DNA of 32,000 nucleotides. Origin: Candidatus Saccharimonadota bacterium (lineage in GTDB: Archaea; Nanobdellota; Nanobdellia; Pacearchaeales; GW2011-AR1). The notes below the pieces were generated by a model. That model did not search any database and was not told where the DNA came from. It was given only the letters and a program-made list of their open reading frames with translations. Position 1 is the stretch's first letter; the number at the start of each line of letters is the position of its first letter. The translations under genes and the position numbers were made by a program. This document shows, piece by piece, positions 31,328 to 32,000 of this stretch. The stretch covers positions 30,001-62,000 of the forward strand of contig JBEKXS010000001.1 of the NCBI GenBank assembly GCA_049511795.1, written 5' to 3'.

Positions 31328-32000
31328 TTACTCCATCGGTCTTCCAGACATTCTGCTTCCTTGAGCTCCAGGAGATTGTCCGCCAAGTTCTGAAGGAAGT
31401 CTTGAAAATCCTGAACCAAAAGTTTCATAATTTATCTGAGGAAGCCAATTTCCTGCAAGCCCTCCCTGATATCCTTGGTATAATCCAGATGCCTGAGACC
31501 AATAAGGCGCCATTTTCATACTGTAAATAGGAGAACCTAAAGATTCAAGATTTTCTTGGAAAGGAGGTGTTCCGAAATGCTTCCACCAATGCCCCGCTTC
31601 AATGATTTTTCTTGCATCATATCCTTTTTCTCCAAGCTTTTCCATAATTTGTTTGAAGGGAACATTTCCCATTCCCATTGGGAGCTCTGTGTGCTCCATT
31701 CCAAAATTATCAGAAAGATGAATTTGTTTTAATACGGGAGCGACTTTTTGAGATTCTTTAACTATATCTTCTTCTGTATAACCATATCTTCTGAGAATAT
31801 TTATATGTCCCACATCCCATGTCGCACCAATTAGTTTGTTTGCCTGTTTTCTTGCTTCATCTTCTGTCATACCAGATTTTTTGGCATTGTCTATGAAAAC
31901 ATCTCTTGTTTTCTCAACAACAGCTCTTACATCTTCTCCTTTGCTTAATGCATGTGTTGCAGGAGGATTTTCTATTACAAGAACAGGAGATGTATCTTTG
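31328..32000 (-). CDS. Xylose-isomerase-like TIM-barrel (sugar phosphate isomerase/epimerase family) protein, 5' end outside window
   Basis: The frame stays open to the window end, upstream of the ORF-track Met. WDVGHINI and HLSDN..E...PMG are typical metal-ligand contexts of the AP-endonuclease-2/xylose-isomerase TIM family. Confidence 0.55.
   Translation of the reverse strand, partial: KDTSPVLVIENPPATHALSKGEDVRAVVEKTRDVFIDNAKKSGMTEDEARKQANKLIGATWDVGHINILRRYGYTEEDIVKESQKVAPVLKQIHLSDNFGMEHTELPMGMGNVPFKQIMEKLGEKGYDARKIIEAGHWWKHFGTPPFQENLESLGSPIYSMKMAPYWSQASGLYQGYQGGLAGNWLPQINYETFGSGFSRLPSELGGQSPGAQGSRMSGRPME

Overview
AT-rich (about one-third G+C by eye, not computed) archaeal chromosomal window. 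Archaeal identity rests on a thermosome, ribosomal proteins L35Ae and L10e, Dph2, a tRNA-Tyr with a C1:G72 pair and a BHB-type intron, and TATA boxes about 21 nt upstream of start codons (mostly leaderless genes). The small genes and many orphan ORFs suggest a DPANN-like lineage, but that is inference. Housekeeping and redox content: thermosome; Dph2 preceded by a 2Fe-2S ferredoxin and an NADPH-motif-less TrxR-like flavoprotein; two tandem DsbA-like proteins plus VKOR; an 8-gene co-directional SOD / PCD / DUF1858 / sufB-sufS-sufU-orphan-sufC block; tRNA-Ser, tRNA-Gly and tRNA-Val; an RHH gene overlapping an AlaE-like gene; a 614-aa double nucleotidyltransferase coupled to a Trm11-like methyltransferase; a second NTase paralog; surface proteins including a beta-barrel-like protein. 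The most unusual region is 688-5569. An intact intron-containing tRNA-Tyr sits inside about 4.9 kb of same-strand orphan gene cassettes. Each cassette is bounded by degenerate copies of either the 5' exon or the 3' exon (plus 3' flank) of that tRNA. The cassettes carry a repeated promoter module, hairpins with compensatory base changes and a 17-nt identical gene junction used three times. I recognised no integrase, transposase or CRISPR array anywhere in the window. All homology calls come from motif recognition by eye, not from searches.
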